From positions 32,001-96,000 of the forward strand of contig BTVY01000007.1 of assembly GCA_045863335.1 (NCBI GenBank): a stretch of DNA of 64,000 bases, written 5' to 3'. Shown here in pieces: positions 27,069 to 37,077 of this stretch; position 1 is the first letter of the stretch, and each line of letters opens with the position of its first letter. The stretch is from Candidatus Hydrogenedentota bacterium (GTDB lineage: Bacteria > Hydrogenedentota > Hydrogenedentia > Hydrogenedentales > SLHB01). The notes below the pieces were generated by a model that saw only the letters and a list, made by a program, of their open reading frames with translations, was not told where the DNA came from and did no database searches. The position numbers were made by a program, and so were the translations under genes.

Positions 27069-28471
27069 ACCGAATTTTGATCGTGGAGGACGAAGCGGGG
27101 ATGCGCCGCATCTTGGCCGTGCTGCTGCAGAAGGAAGGGCACGAGGTTCACGAAGCGGGCACACACAAGGAAGCGCTGAAGACCCTGAACGCGCAACCCC
27201 TGGACCTGATCATTACCGACCAGCGCCTGCCCGATGGCGAAGGTCTAATGGTGCTCGCCGCAGCGAAAGACGCGGACCCGTCCCTCCCCGTTATCGTTAT
27301 TACCGCCTACGCCTCGGTCGAACTTGCCGTGGAAGCCATGCGCGCAGGCGCATTCGATTTCATCACGAAGCCGTTCAATCCCGATACCGTGCGCGCGGCC
27401 GTATGGCGGGCCTGCAATCACGCGGCGCTCTTGCGCGAGAACGAACGCCTCCGCGATGAGGTCGGCCGTCTCGCCGCGGATACGGAACTGCTGGGCGAGA
27501 GTGCCGCCATGCAGACGGTGCGGGAATTCATCGTTCGTGCTTCGCCGACCAACGCCACCATCCTGATCACCGGCGAGACGGGTACGGGCAAAGAGCTGGT
27601 CGCCCGCGCCATTCACAAGGGCAGCGCGCGCTCGGAAGCGCCGTTTGTGGCGGTAAACTGCGCGGCCATGCCGGAAGACTTGCTGGAGAGCCAGTTGTTT
27701 GGCCACGAGAAAGGGGCCTTCACCGGTGCCGATCAAGCTCGACAGGGATTGTTCGAGGCTGCAAACAGGGGGACTCTCTTTCTCGACGAGGCCGGCGAGA
27801 TGTCCCTGAGTCTCCAGGCGAAGCTCTTGCGCGTGCTGGTGGACGGCGAACTGTTGCGTGTGGGTTCCACCAATCCGCGCAAGGTCGACGTGCGAATCAT
27901 TGCCGCCACGCACCGCAACCTGGAGCAACGCGTGAAGGACGGCACTTTTCGTGAAGACCTTTACTTCCGTCTTGCCGTGGTGCCCCTTGCGATTCCGCCG
28001 TTGCGCGATCGCCGGGACGATGTCCCAGGGTTACTCGAGCATTTCCTCACGGCCGTAGCTCAGGATCTGAAAGTCGCGCGAAAGACCATCGCGCCCGAAG
28101 CCGTGGCGGCCTTGAAGAGTTATCCGTTCCCCGGCAATGTGCGCGAACTCCGGAACCTGATCGAGCGCGCGTACATCCTGGGGCGAAGGGAAGAATTGCG
28201 AGTTGAAGATTTCCCCGTGGCGAATGCACGAAGCTCAAAAGCTTCAGCACCCGCGTCCGATTCGGCCGAAGATTTCGTTCGCGCTTTGCCACAAGAACTG
28301 GATGCCCGATCATTCCTCGACGACGTCGAACGTCAACTCCTGATCCGCGCCCTCGACGCATCCGGCGGCGCACAGGCGGAAGCCGCGCGAAAGCTGGGCC
28401 TCTCCCGAAGCGATATGACGTACAAGGTGAAGAAATACGGCATCCGGGACCACACGTCCCAAGGAAGCTGA
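27065..28471 (+). CDS. Sigma54-dependent NtrC/AtoC-family response regulator
   Basis: REC, Walker A GETGTGKE, GAFTGA, LFLDE, FPGNVRELRN, Fis-type HTH; GTGA overlap with the kinase. Confidence 0.95.
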   Translation: MNRILIVEDEAGMRRILAVLLQKEGHEVHEAGTHKEALKTLNAQPLDLIITDQRLPDGEGLMVLAAAKDADPSLPVIVITAYASVELAVEAMRAGAFDFITKPFNPDTVRAAVWRACNHAALLRENERLRDEVGRLAADTELLGESAAMQTVREFIVRASPTNATILITGETGTGKELVARAIHKGSARSEAPFVAVNCAAMPEDLLESQLFGHEKGAFTGADQARQGLFEAANRGTLFLDEAGEMSLSLQAKLLRVLVDGELLRVGSTNPRKVDVRIIAATHRNLEQRVKDGTFREDLYFRLAVVPLAIPPLRDRRDDVPGLLEHFLTAVAQDLKVARKTIAPEAVAALKSYPFPGNVRELRNLIERAYILGRREELRVEDFPVANARSSKASAPASDSAEDFVRALPQELDARSFLDDVERQLLIRALDASGGAQAEAARKLGLSRSDMTYKVKKYGIRDHTSQGS

Positions 28472-28524
28472 AGTTCAGGGCCTTCCTGCTGTCCCTTCCC
28501 TGTTGTCTCTGCTGTCCCTTGCGC

Positions 28525-31500
28525 CTACTGCAAATCGGCTTCAAACGAATAGGACCCCGCGCCGATTTTGAAAACGACGCCGCCCTCGACCGGCTTGATA
28601 TCGCTTACTCCATCCGCCTCCGCCAGCGCCACGCCGCCTTCCGTCACGGACTCCGGATCGCTCGTGGGCACGTGAACGGTGGCCGTCGTGTTCGGCGGCA
28701 CGGTCACGGCCCACTCGAACGTGCCGCCCTTGCGCTTCCACGAGCTGGCGATGGTGCCATACAGCGATTCATGCGTGGCGCGCACGAAGTCGAGACCTTC
28801 GACGGGGACTGGTTTCAGCACGATCTGCTTAAAGCCCGGCGCTGCCGGATCGGGACGAATGCCGCCGAGGTATTCGTAGAACCACATGACGAGATCGCCG
28901 ACGAGCATGACGTGGTTGTGGGAGTTCATGGCGGGATCGGCGGTGTTGCCGTTCCACAACTCCCAAATCGTCGTCGCGCCGTTCTCGATCATATATCCCC
29001 AACTCGGGTAATCCGTCTGCGTCGCGAGCGTGTATACCACGTCCGGACGCCCGCCGTCGGATAGGGCGCGCGTCAACCACTGACCACCGATGAGCCCCGT
29101 GCCAACGTGGCCATCGGTTCCGATCATGATCTTGTCGACAAGCGCATTGAACACCGCATCGCGCTGATCTTCGGGAACCATGCCGAAGGCCAACGGCAAC
29201 AGGCTCGCCGTCTGCGAACCGTTGTCGTAGTCGTGGGTATCCTCGTTGAGGAATCGATTGTTGAAAGCGGCTTTCATCTCCGCGGCCAGCGCGCGAAATC
29301 CCTTCGCATCTTCGGGCTTCGCCAGCAAATCAGCGTAGCTTGCCATCAAATCGAGATCCCGGTAGAAGTACGCCGTCGCAATCACCGGCGCGTTCGTCTT
29401 CCGCTTGGGATCGTTCGAGTGGATGAGGATTGGATCCTCCGGCGGCACGCACCAATCGCCATACGAGTCCTTCGAGATGATCCCGTCCTCGATGAACTGC
29501 GTCATGTAGTCGATCCACTGTTTCATTCCGTCGTAATGGCGTTCGAGAACGCGGATGTCGCCGTACTGGTCGTACAAGGCGCCCGGCACGATGATGAAAC
29601 TGCTGGGCCACGTGACGTCGTCGTTGTAGAACGGGTAATACGAGGGGCAGACATCCGGCACGCTGCCGCTCTCGCGCTGCGCATCGTCCATGTCCTGCAC
29701 CCATTTCGCATACAACGCGGCGATCTGGAACAGATAGGTCTCGCCGCGCGACTCTTCCGACCGGTCGCCGAGCCAGCCTTGCCGCTCGTCGCGTTGGGGA
29801 CAGTCCGTCGGCATGCTGCGGTAATTGCCGCGCGTGCCCCAAACGACATTGTGGTGGATTTGATTCAGCAGCGGGTGCGAGGTTTCAAACGATCCCGCGG
29901 GCGCGACGTCGTCGTGAACCACGCAGCCCTCAATCGTGCCCAGATCGGGTTCGCCCGGATAGCCGGTCAGTTCCACGTAGCGGAATCCGTGAAAGACGAA
30001 GCGTGGTTCGTAGGTTTCCGGACCGCCGCCTTTCAAGGTGTATTTATCCGTGACCTTCGCGGAACGGAGGTTGGCCAGGTACAAGGTGCCATCATCTTTG
30101 AGCACCTCGGCATGGCGGAGTTTAACCTGGGTACCCGCCGGGCCTTCCACCTTCAGGCGGCACCAGCCCACCATGTTCTGTCCCATGTCGTAGATGTATA
30201 CGCCGGGCTTGGGCTGCGCGACCGCCTTGGGCTTCAGCACTTCCGTGATGCGTATGGGCTCCTGCATCTGGGCCGACATCACGCCGCCGGGCGCGTCCAC
30301 GAGTTCAACGGACTGCCAAGCGCCGTCATCGAATCCGGCCTCCGACCAACCGGCGATTTCCATGCGCGCGTCGTAGACTTCGCCATCGAACTCGTTGTTT
30401 TCGCGAATCGGCCCTTCGGTGGTCAGCTTCCAGGACGCGTCGCTGACAACGTGCTGCACTGACCCGTCTGCATTTTCGACTTCCAACTGAAGGAGCAGCC
30501 TCGGGTACCCGTAAGTCCTGGCCCAGTCCCACCCCGGCCGCGGCGAGAAGTAGCGTCCATTACCCAGCATGACGCCAATTGCATTCGCGCCGTCCTGAAC
30601 GTTCTCCGTCACGTCGAAAGTCATGTAGAAGACGCGCTTGTCGAATTCGCTGCACGCCGGCGCGAGCACCTGGTCGCCAATCTTGTCGCCGTTTACATAC
30701 AATTCAAACACGCCCTGACCGCTCACGTACGCGGTGGCCCGTTTGATGGCCGGCGCCACCTCGAATTCCTTGCGCAACATGCGGGCGGGAAGTTCGTAGC
30801 CACCGGGAAGCGTAACCTCGCCCCACGGATCGATGCCGTTAGCGCCGAGCACTTGCGCGGCCTTCCAGTTCGCATCGTCGAAGCCGGCCGCGTGCCAGCC
30901 CTCGGCGACGCTTTCAGAAGTCGTCCACGAATCATCGGTCACGATGTTCATTGTCATGATGCCAGGCATGGTGATCGCGCAGGTCGCAATTACTCCCGCC
31001 GGATTGGCGCTGTCGCCCGCGTTCTCGGCGGATATGGCGATCACATTCGTGCCGGGCACCAGTTTCTCGAGAACGTTCATCTCGACTGCGGTGTGGAAAT
31101 CCGACCCTTGCCCCACTTCATTGCCGTTTACGAACAGCTTGAAGGAATTGTCCGCCGTCGCGTAGCACATCGCGCTTTCAATCGACTCCCCTTTCGGAAG
31201 CTCGAAGGTCTTTCGAAAGTACCGCGTACCCACTGGCGCCGACGACGCAGGCTCGCCGCCGGGGTGCCAGATCCAGTTCCCGGGAAGCGCCGGGCTTGGC
31301 TTGACGCCGCTGTCGAGACCAATCCACTGCGCTTCCCAATCCGCGGGTTCGAGCAAGCCCATGGACCATGACGCAACTTCGCTCCATGGGGACGCGATGT
31401 TGTTCCCGTCCCACACCCGCACTTTCCAGTAACATTGCTGGCGCGAGGTCAGCGGCGCTCCTGCGTACTCCACATGTACGGATTGGCCGGACTCCACCCT

Positions 31501-31761
31501 GCCGGTATTCCAGAGATCGGCGTCAGCCTCGTTGAGCTTCTCGGGCGTTGATGCGACCAGGATCTCGTAGGCGGATTGCACGGCGCCGCGCTCCGCAGAT
31601 TCGATGCGCCAGCTCAATCGCGGCTCAGTCGTGTCGATACCAACCGGATTGGACCGGTATTCACATTTCAGATCGATCAGGGAAAGGTCTGCGGCAAAAG
31701 ATGTGTGTTGCATGATAAGCACCAGTGTGAAGATTGCGGTCAAACGGATGGTTGTATGCAT
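28525..31761 (-). CDS. Secreted alpha-L-rhamnosidase (GH78)
   Basis: Signal peptide, PRLSW FN3-like start, DMGQNMVGW, FHGFRYVE, PTDCPQRDERQGWLGD, GATTIWELW, SHNH. Confidence 0.93.
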   Translation of the reverse strand: MHTTIRLTAIFTLVLIMQHTSFAADLSLIDLKCEYRSNPVGIDTTEPRLSWRIESAERGAVQSAYEILVASTPEKLNEADADLWNTGRVESGQSVHVEYAGAPLTSRQQCYWKVRVWDGNNIASPWSEVASWSMGLLEPADWEAQWIGLDSGVKPSPALPGNWIWHPGGEPASSAPVGTRYFRKTFELPKGESIESAMCYATADNSFKLFVNGNEVGQGSDFHTAVEMNVLEKLVPGTNVIAISAENAGDSANPAGVIATCAITMPGIMTMNIVTDDSWTTSESVAEGWHAAGFDDANWKAAQVLGANGIDPWGEVTLPGGYELPARMLRKEFEVAPAIKRATAYVSGQGVFELYVNGDKIGDQVLAPACSEFDKRVFYMTFDVTENVQDGANAIGVMLGNGRYFSPRPGWDWARTYGYPRLLLQLEVENADGSVQHVVSDASWKLTTEGPIRENNEFDGEVYDARMEIAGWSEAGFDDGAWQSVELVDAPGGVMSAQMQEPIRITEVLKPKAVAQPKPGVYIYDMGQNMVGWCRLKVEGPAGTQVKLRHAEVLKDDGTLYLANLRSAKVTDKYTLKGGGPETYEPRFVFHGFRYVELTGYPGEPDLGTIEGCVVHDDVAPAGSFETSHPLLNQIHHNVVWGTRGNYRSMPTDCPQRDERQGWLGDRSEESRGETYLFQIAALYAKWVQDMDDAQRESGSVPDVCPSYYPFYNDDVTWPSSFIIVPGALYDQYGDIRVLERHYDGMKQWIDYMTQFIEDGIISKDSYGDWCVPPEDPILIHSNDPKRKTNAPVIATAYFYRDLDLMASYADLLAKPEDAKGFRALAAEMKAAFNNRFLNEDTHDYDNGSQTASLLPLAFGMVPEDQRDAVFNALVDKIMIGTDGHVGTGLIGGQWLTRALSDGGRPDVVYTLATQTDYPSWGYMIENGATTIWELWNGNTADPAMNSHNHVMLVGDLVMWFYEYLGGIRPDPAAPGFKQIVLKPVPVEGLDFVRATHESLYGTIASSWKRKGGTFEWAVTVPPNTTATVHVPTSDPESVTEGGVALAEADGVSDIKPVEGGVVFKIGAGSYSFEADLQ

Positions 31762-31858
31762 GGCGATCAAAGTCCCGTGACGTTGGTATCCCCCAATGCC
31801 CGGCGCAACGCGAACGGATTACCCCTCGTCCGCGAACCTGCCGAACCCATCCAGTGTA

Positions 31859-32323
31859 TCAAATCCGCGCCTGGTCCGTCGCTTCCTCGCGGAACATCGG
31901 GCCCTTGACCTGAATCTCGTCCCGCTCCTCGGGGGTAAGCGGTTTGGCTTCGCCGGGAACCAGCCCGTCCGCCCCGATGATGATCTGGCTCGTACCGTCT
32001 ACATCCACCTGCTCGAGCTTGTAGTAATAGGTCTTGCCCGGTTCAACATCGAGATCGTAGTACCGGTAACGTTGCGGAATCGTCGTAGTCCCCGCGGCGT
32101 GAACCGGGGTCTTCGCATTGACAACGCGGGTCTCGCCGTCGGGCCTGTCCGCGCGGTGGATATAGAAACCGAAGGCGTTCATCTCGGTTTCCGTCTGCCA
32201 GGACAGACGGACGCGCCATTGTTCAGAGGCCGCGAGGCCCGCGTCAGCGCTCCCCTTTGTCGATTGACAGCCGGCCGCCACAGCGATTACAAGAATCGCG
32301 ACGGTTGGAACACCGATTTTCAT
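31859..32323 (-). CDS. Lipoprotein with a single Ig/FN3-like domain
   Basis: Lipobox VAAG-C; LSWQTETE..AFGFYIHRA...YRYYD...GKTYYYKLEQVDVDG. Confidence 0.75.
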   Translation of the reverse strand: MKIGVPTVAILVIAVAAGCQSTKGSADAGLAASEQWRVRLSWQTETEMNAFGFYIHRADRPDGETRVVNAKTPVHAAGTTTIPQRYRYYDLDVEPGKTYYYKLEQVDVDGTSQIIIGADGLVPGEAKPLTPEERDEIQVKGPMFREEATDQARI

Positions 32324-32433
32324 AATCGCCCCTTTGAACTGGTTTCCATCGGACTACGCGGATTTTCTCTCAGAAACTGCGAATCGCAAGTGTATCATAG
32401 GGTGCCGCAGTCTGAAACCGGCACGAGATTACG

Positions 32434-34317
32434 ATGACAACGCAATCACAAGAAGGACAACAACTAACACGGCGCCGCGGATCGGTCCTCCGAACGTGGG
32501 TGCCCGTGCTGCTGTTGCTCGCGACGACCGGCCTTGTGTACGGACGCGTGCTGCAGGCCGGATTCGTGGCCTTCGACGACGGCATCTACGTGACGCACAA
32601 CCGGCACGTTCCCAACGGAATCACCGCAGCGAACCTCCGCTGGGCGTTCACCACGCTCGAGACGGCTACATGGCAACCGCTGACCTTGATTTCCCATATG
32701 CTCGACGTCGAGATGTTCGGGCTCTGGCCCGGCGGCCACCACCTGACCAACGTCATTTTCCATGTGGTCAACACGCTCCTCCTCTTCGTGGTATTGCGAT
32801 ACATGACCGGCGACTGGGGACCCCCGCTTTTTGTTGCGGCGGTGTTCGCGTTGCACCCCCTCCACGTGGAGTCGGTCGCATGGGTGTCCGAACGCAAGGA
32901 CGTCCTCAGCACCTTCTTCTGGTTGCTTACCATGCTGGCGTTCGCCCGCTACGCGCGCGCGCCGGGGATTGGCGCCTACGTGGCTGTGACGCTCGCGTTT
33001 GGACTGGGACTCATGGCGAAGCCCATGCTCGTCACGCTGCCTTGCGTGCTATTGCTCTTCGATTACTGGCCCCTTCGCCGAATCGGAACCGTAGCAAGAC
33101 CGTGGCAAATGCGCGCAGCCGCGAAGTTGATTGCGGAGAAGACACCCTGGTTTGCCATGGCCGTCGCGTCATCGTTGACAACACTTCTCGCGCAGCGCGG
33201 AACGGAATCGGTTGTTTCAATCGAGAACCTGCCGCCTGGACTTCGCATTGGCAACGCTCTGGTATCGTACTGGAGGTATGTTGGCAAGACGGTCTGGCCG
33301 GTCGATCTGGCCGTGTACTACCCCTTCCCACATGGCGGCATCCCTGCCATTCAGATTGCACTGGCCGCAATGGGGCTCGCCTTGGTTTCGGCGGCCGCGT
33401 TTTACCTGGTTCGTCGAGCGCCCTATGCATTCGTGGGATGGTTCTGGTACCTGGGGACTCTCGTGCCGGTAATCGGTTTTATTCAAGTCGGATCGCAGGC
33501 GATGGCGGATCGGTACACGTACATACCGCTCATCGGGCTGTCCATGATTCCCGCTTGGGGGATCCCCGAGCTGCTGGCCCGCGCGTCCCGGAACGAAGCG
33601 GCTGGCGTGCTGAAGAAGCGGTTGCGCGTGGTTGCGGCCGCCGGATGCGCCCTGTGCGCCGTGTGGAGTTGGCTGACCTTCGCGCAGGCGGGAACATGGC
33701 GCGACTCGCTGCACCTGTTCCGTCATGCAGCGGACGTGACCGAGAACAACTATTTGGCGCTGGCTAACACGGGGATGGCATTGAACGGCAAAGGACGATT
33801 TGAGGAAGCCATCCCTTACCTCGAACGGGCCCTGGCAATCGATCCGGATCGCGCGGGCACCTTGTTCGACCTCGCTCACGCCTGCGAGAATACCGGCCGA
33901 ATAGCGGACGCGATCGCGCTCTACCGAAGAGGTCTGGCAATTCGGCCCGGCGACGGAAGCGCACTGACGAATCTTGGGCGATGCCTGCTTTCGAGCGGTA
34001 ACCCGGAAGCGGCATTGGAGGCGCTCACGCAGGCACTCCGCTACCGTCCGGATTCGGAACCCACCCTCTCCAACTACGGCGTCGCCCTCATCCAACTGGG
34101 CCGCGTTCGCGACGCGCTGGTACATCTAAACGACGCTGCACGGAGGTATCCCGCAAACGCCGACCTGCGAGTGAACCTGGGCATTGCGTATGCCGCAAAT
34201 GGGGACGCGGCGTCCGCGCTTCGAGAGTTTGAAGCGGCCCTTCAACTAGACCCCGGCAACGAACAAGCACGGATGAATTCGCAAATTCTCCGCAGCCAAC
34301 CGGTTGCCGGTGACTGA
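32434..34317 (+). CDS. TMTC-like GT-C membrane glycosyltransferase with C-terminal TPRs
   Basis: FVAFDD, WQPLT, HHLTNVIFH, FALHPLHVESVAWVSERKD, MADRYTY, then multiple TPRs. Confidence 0.88.
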   Translation: MTTQSQEGQQLTRRRGSVLRTWVPVLLLLATTGLVYGRVLQAGFVAFDDGIYVTHNRHVPNGITAANLRWAFTTLETATWQPLTLISHMLDVEMFGLWPGGHHLTNVIFHVVNTLLLFVVLRYMTGDWGPPLFVAAVFALHPLHVESVAWVSERKDVLSTFFWLLTMLAFARYARAPGIGAYVAVTLAFGLGLMAKPMLVTLPCVLLLFDYWPLRRIGTVARPWQMRAAAKLIAEKTPWFAMAVASSLTTLLAQRGTESVVSIENLPPGLRIGNALVSYWRYVGKTVWPVDLAVYYPFPHGGIPAIQIALAAMGLALVSAAAFYLVRRAPYAFVGWFWYLGTLVPVIGFIQVGSQAMADRYTYIPLIGLSMIPAWGIPELLARASRNEAAGVLKKRLRVVAAAGCALCAVWSWLTFAQAGTWRDSLHLFRHAADVTENNYLALANTGMALNGKGRFEEAIPYLERALAIDPDRAGTLFDLAHACENTGRIADAIALYRRGLAIRPGDGSALTNLGRCLLSSGNPEAALEALTQALRYRPDSEPTLSNYGVALIQLGRVRDALVHLNDAARRYPANADLRVNLGIAYAANGDAASALREFEAALQLDPGNEQARMNSQILRSQPVAGD

Positions 34318-34473
34318 TCCCGTCCCTGGGGGACTGATTCGTTCGCGCAATAGCGGGCGCATTCGCATCGAGGGCATGCACTTGAGGTAACTCCCAAAAC
34401 TTCGTAAGATCGCCGTGTTTGCCCAATCCATGGGATTTGTTCGGGCTGCGATGGTCTGATTGGGGAGCGCGGG

Positions 34474-35688
34474 TTGTCTCGATTTCGAGTGGAACATGCC
34501 GCATGGCTCGCATTAATGGCGAGCTTCGCGATTGTCTGTGCGCTGGGGTATAGTTTCCGCGGCACGGTCTTGGGACAACTTCACGAGCAGCGGTTCGATA
34601 CGTTGATCGGAGAGGCGCGCGACTTCGACCGGCGCGGCGAGCCGGACCGTGCCGCAACCGTATATGAAACCTTGCTCGAGCGGTACCCGAAGAACGAAGA
34701 GCTTTTGGTGGCTTATGGCGAGCACGTGGAGGCCCAGGGGCAGCTGCAGGAAGCCGAGGCGGCCCTCGCGGAGGCCGCGTCATTGGGGCGCCAACGGTTC
34801 AGCGCGGTTCGCCGTTACGCGAGTTTCCTGGAGCGGCTAGGCCGGTCAGAGGAGGCCGCCGCGTTCCTGGAGGATTATCTGCGCCGCTATCCCGACGATT
34901 TTACGGCCCACCTTGATCTCGGCTTCATCTACATGCGGCTCGACCGTTGGCAGCAGGCCGTGGGAGCGCTGCAACACGCTGCCCGGCGCCCGGAACTCGA
35001 GTTCGTGGCCCGCAGCAATCTCGCCGGCGCCTTCATGGAGTTGCGGCAAATCGAAAACGCGATTCAGGAGTGGCGGCGCGTGACCACGATGGGGCCCGGC
35101 GCGGAGTATCAGCAGTACCTCCAGCACATTGCTATCGCCTATGAAAATCTCGACCTTCCGGAGCAAGCGTGCGATGCCTGGCAGTCGTTCCTGGATCGGT
35201 TTCCCAATTCCATCCTTGGCGCGGAGCGGGTGCTCGCCCTTGCCGACCGCTGTGGGACGGAGGAGATGCAGGCACGGGCCGCCTTACGCCTCGCCGCGCT
35301 TTCACCGGAGCTCGCGATCGATGCCGCTCTCACACCGCGCCTGGAAATCGCAGGAGTCACTCGGCCGGAGGCTGCGATCACTCCCGGTTCCACGCTCACG
35401 CTCGAGGTGTGGTTTCAGGTGGTGCGGGCCGTTCGTCATCCAACCTTCGTGTCGTTTTCCTTGCAGGGTTCCGACGGAACGGTCTATCCCCTGATCAGCG
35501 AACCGGATGCCTTGGGAACGCCGCCCCTGTGGAGGGGAGATACCGTTCGCCAACCCTTCGCCATCCGTGCGCCGGAAGTCCTCGCCGGCGGAACCTACAC
35601 CCTTCGAATTCACTCCGCCGAAGATGGCGGTGGGACGGTAGCCCTTTGGCCCTCCGAAGCGGTCGACGCGCAAGGGGGCTCGGAATGA
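34474..35688 (+). CDS. Membrane-anchored TPR protein with a C-terminal Ig-like domain
   Basis: N-terminal TM, several TPRs, C-terminal beta domain (PGSTLTLEVWF...WRGDTVRQ...GTYTLRI). Confidence 0.75.
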   Translation: MSRFRVEHAAWLALMASFAIVCALGYSFRGTVLGQLHEQRFDTLIGEARDFDRRGEPDRAATVYETLLERYPKNEELLVAYGEHVEAQGQLQEAEAALAEAASLGRQRFSAVRRYASFLERLGRSEEAAAFLEDYLRRYPDDFTAHLDLGFIYMRLDRWQQAVGALQHAARRPELEFVARSNLAGAFMELRQIENAIQEWRRVTTMGPGAEYQQYLQHIAIAYENLDLPEQACDAWQSFLDRFPNSILGAERVLALADRCGTEEMQARAALRLAALSPELAIDAALTPRLEIAGVTRPEAAITPGSTLTLEVWFQVVRAVRHPTFVSFSLQGSDGTVYPLISEPDALGTPPLWRGDTVRQPFAIRAPEVLAGGTYTLRIHSAEDGGGTVALWPSEAVDAQGGSE

Positions 35689-37064
35689 TTCGCCGTTTCG
35701 GAAGAGTATCGACGGACGCCGTGCTGGTCGTCTACGCCTTCGGGTTTTGCGGGATATTGCGGACGCTTACCGGCGCTCCCTACGAATCGCTCGAAACGCT
35801 GGTGTACTCACTGGGGCCCTTCGTCTTGATTCATATACTGGCCCTGGGGTTCTTTGGGGCCTACGACTTCGGACGGCTTCGCAGCGAGTCAGACCTTGCG
35901 TTCGCGGCCTTGACGGGATCAATTGCCGGGTCGGCGCTATCGTTCATTCTTTCGTCCACGTTTATGCTCTATTACGCGCCGGATGTCCAAGTCGTGGGGC
36001 GATCCGTCTTCCTGGCGAGCGCAGTTTTATGCGCCATTGCCCTGCCGGCGTGGCGTGTGTGGTACACGCGGGTGCGCCGCCGCCGCGGAGAACTCGACAC
36101 GCGCGTGATCGCGTACGGGTCTGCGGAAAGCGTACAGGAGGTTGCCTCGGAACTGGCCCAGTACTCGCGCGCGGGACACCGCGTCGTGGGGTGCGTAGTC
36201 AGCGATGAAGTATCGGGCGCATTAGCGAGCGATCCTCCGATGCTCGGATCGGATGAGAACCTGGAATTGCTGATCCGCGAGCACGACGCGCACGAGGTGC
36301 TCATCATCGGCGACGTGCTGGCCCACGATGCGAAAGCCTTGTTGCGCGTCTTGCGCATCTGCGAGAACACGTCCGTTGTGGTTCACGTGTTGCCGGGATA
36401 CTACGAAGCCATGGTGGGCCGGCTCGACCTATACGAAATCGGCGGCTTGCCCCTCATCGAAATGAAGCAACACCCGGTGCCGTGGTCCTATGGCGTCCTC
36501 AAACGGCTCATGGACCTTGCGGGCGCGTTCATTGCACTGTTCCTGGGCTTCCCCATCCTGACCGCGGCCGCCATCGCCATCAAGCTGGACTCCAAAGGCC
36601 CGCTGATTTACTCGCAAGTGCGCTCCGGCCGGAACGGACGCGAGTTCCGAATCTACAAACTTCGGACCATGACGGCGGACGCGGAGAAGGACTCCGGACC
36701 CGTATGGGCACAGAAATCCGATCCCCGTGTCACCCGGGTGGGTAAGTTTCTCCGGAACAAGCGCATCGACGAGATCCCCCAGCTATGGAACGTGCTCAAA
36801 GGCGACATGAGTCTCGTGGGACCGCGTCCGGAACGGCCTTTCTTCATCGAGAAGTTCTCACAGGATGTCCCGTTGTTTTCCCTTCGCCTACGCGTGAAGC
36901 CCGGCGTGACCTCGTTGTCTCATGTGTGGGGCCGGTACGATTCGTCCCCTGCCCACCGCTTGCTGTACGATCTCGTCTACATGAGCAACATCTCGCTCAT
37001 GCTCGATTTGCGCATCCTGATCGACACCATCAAGATCGTACTCACGGGGCGGGGCGCCCAGTAA
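35685..37064 (+). CDS. Polyprenyl-phosphate glycosylphosphotransferase (priming sugar transferase, WcaJ/WbaP-like)
   Basis: 4 TM helices plus CoA-binding-like region, KRLMD, YKLRTM, DPRVTRVGKFLR, DEIPQLWNVLKGDMSLVGPRPE; ATGA overlap. Confidence 0.93.
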   Translation: MIRRFGRVSTDAVLVVYAFGFCGILRTLTGAPYESLETLVYSLGPFVLIHILALGFFGAYDFGRLRSESDLAFAALTGSIAGSALSFILSSTFMLYYAPDVQVVGRSVFLASAVLCAIALPAWRVWYTRVRRRRGELDTRVIAYGSAESVQEVASELAQYSRAGHRVVGCVVSDEVSGALASDPPMLGSDENLELLIREHDAHEVLIIGDVLAHDAKALLRVLRICENTSVVVHVLPGYYEAMVGRLDLYEIGGLPLIEMKQHPVPWSYGVLKRLMDLAGAFIALFLGFPILTAAAIAIKLDSKGPLIYSQVRSGRNGREFRIYKLRTMTADAEKDSGPVWAQKSDPRVTRVGKFLRNKRIDEIPQLWNVLKGDMSLVGPRPERPFFIEKFSQDVPLFSLRLRVKPGVTSLSHVWGRYDSSPAHRLLYDLVYMSNISLMLDLRILIDTIKIVLTGRGAQ

Positions 37065-37077
37065 CCACGGGGTTTGC

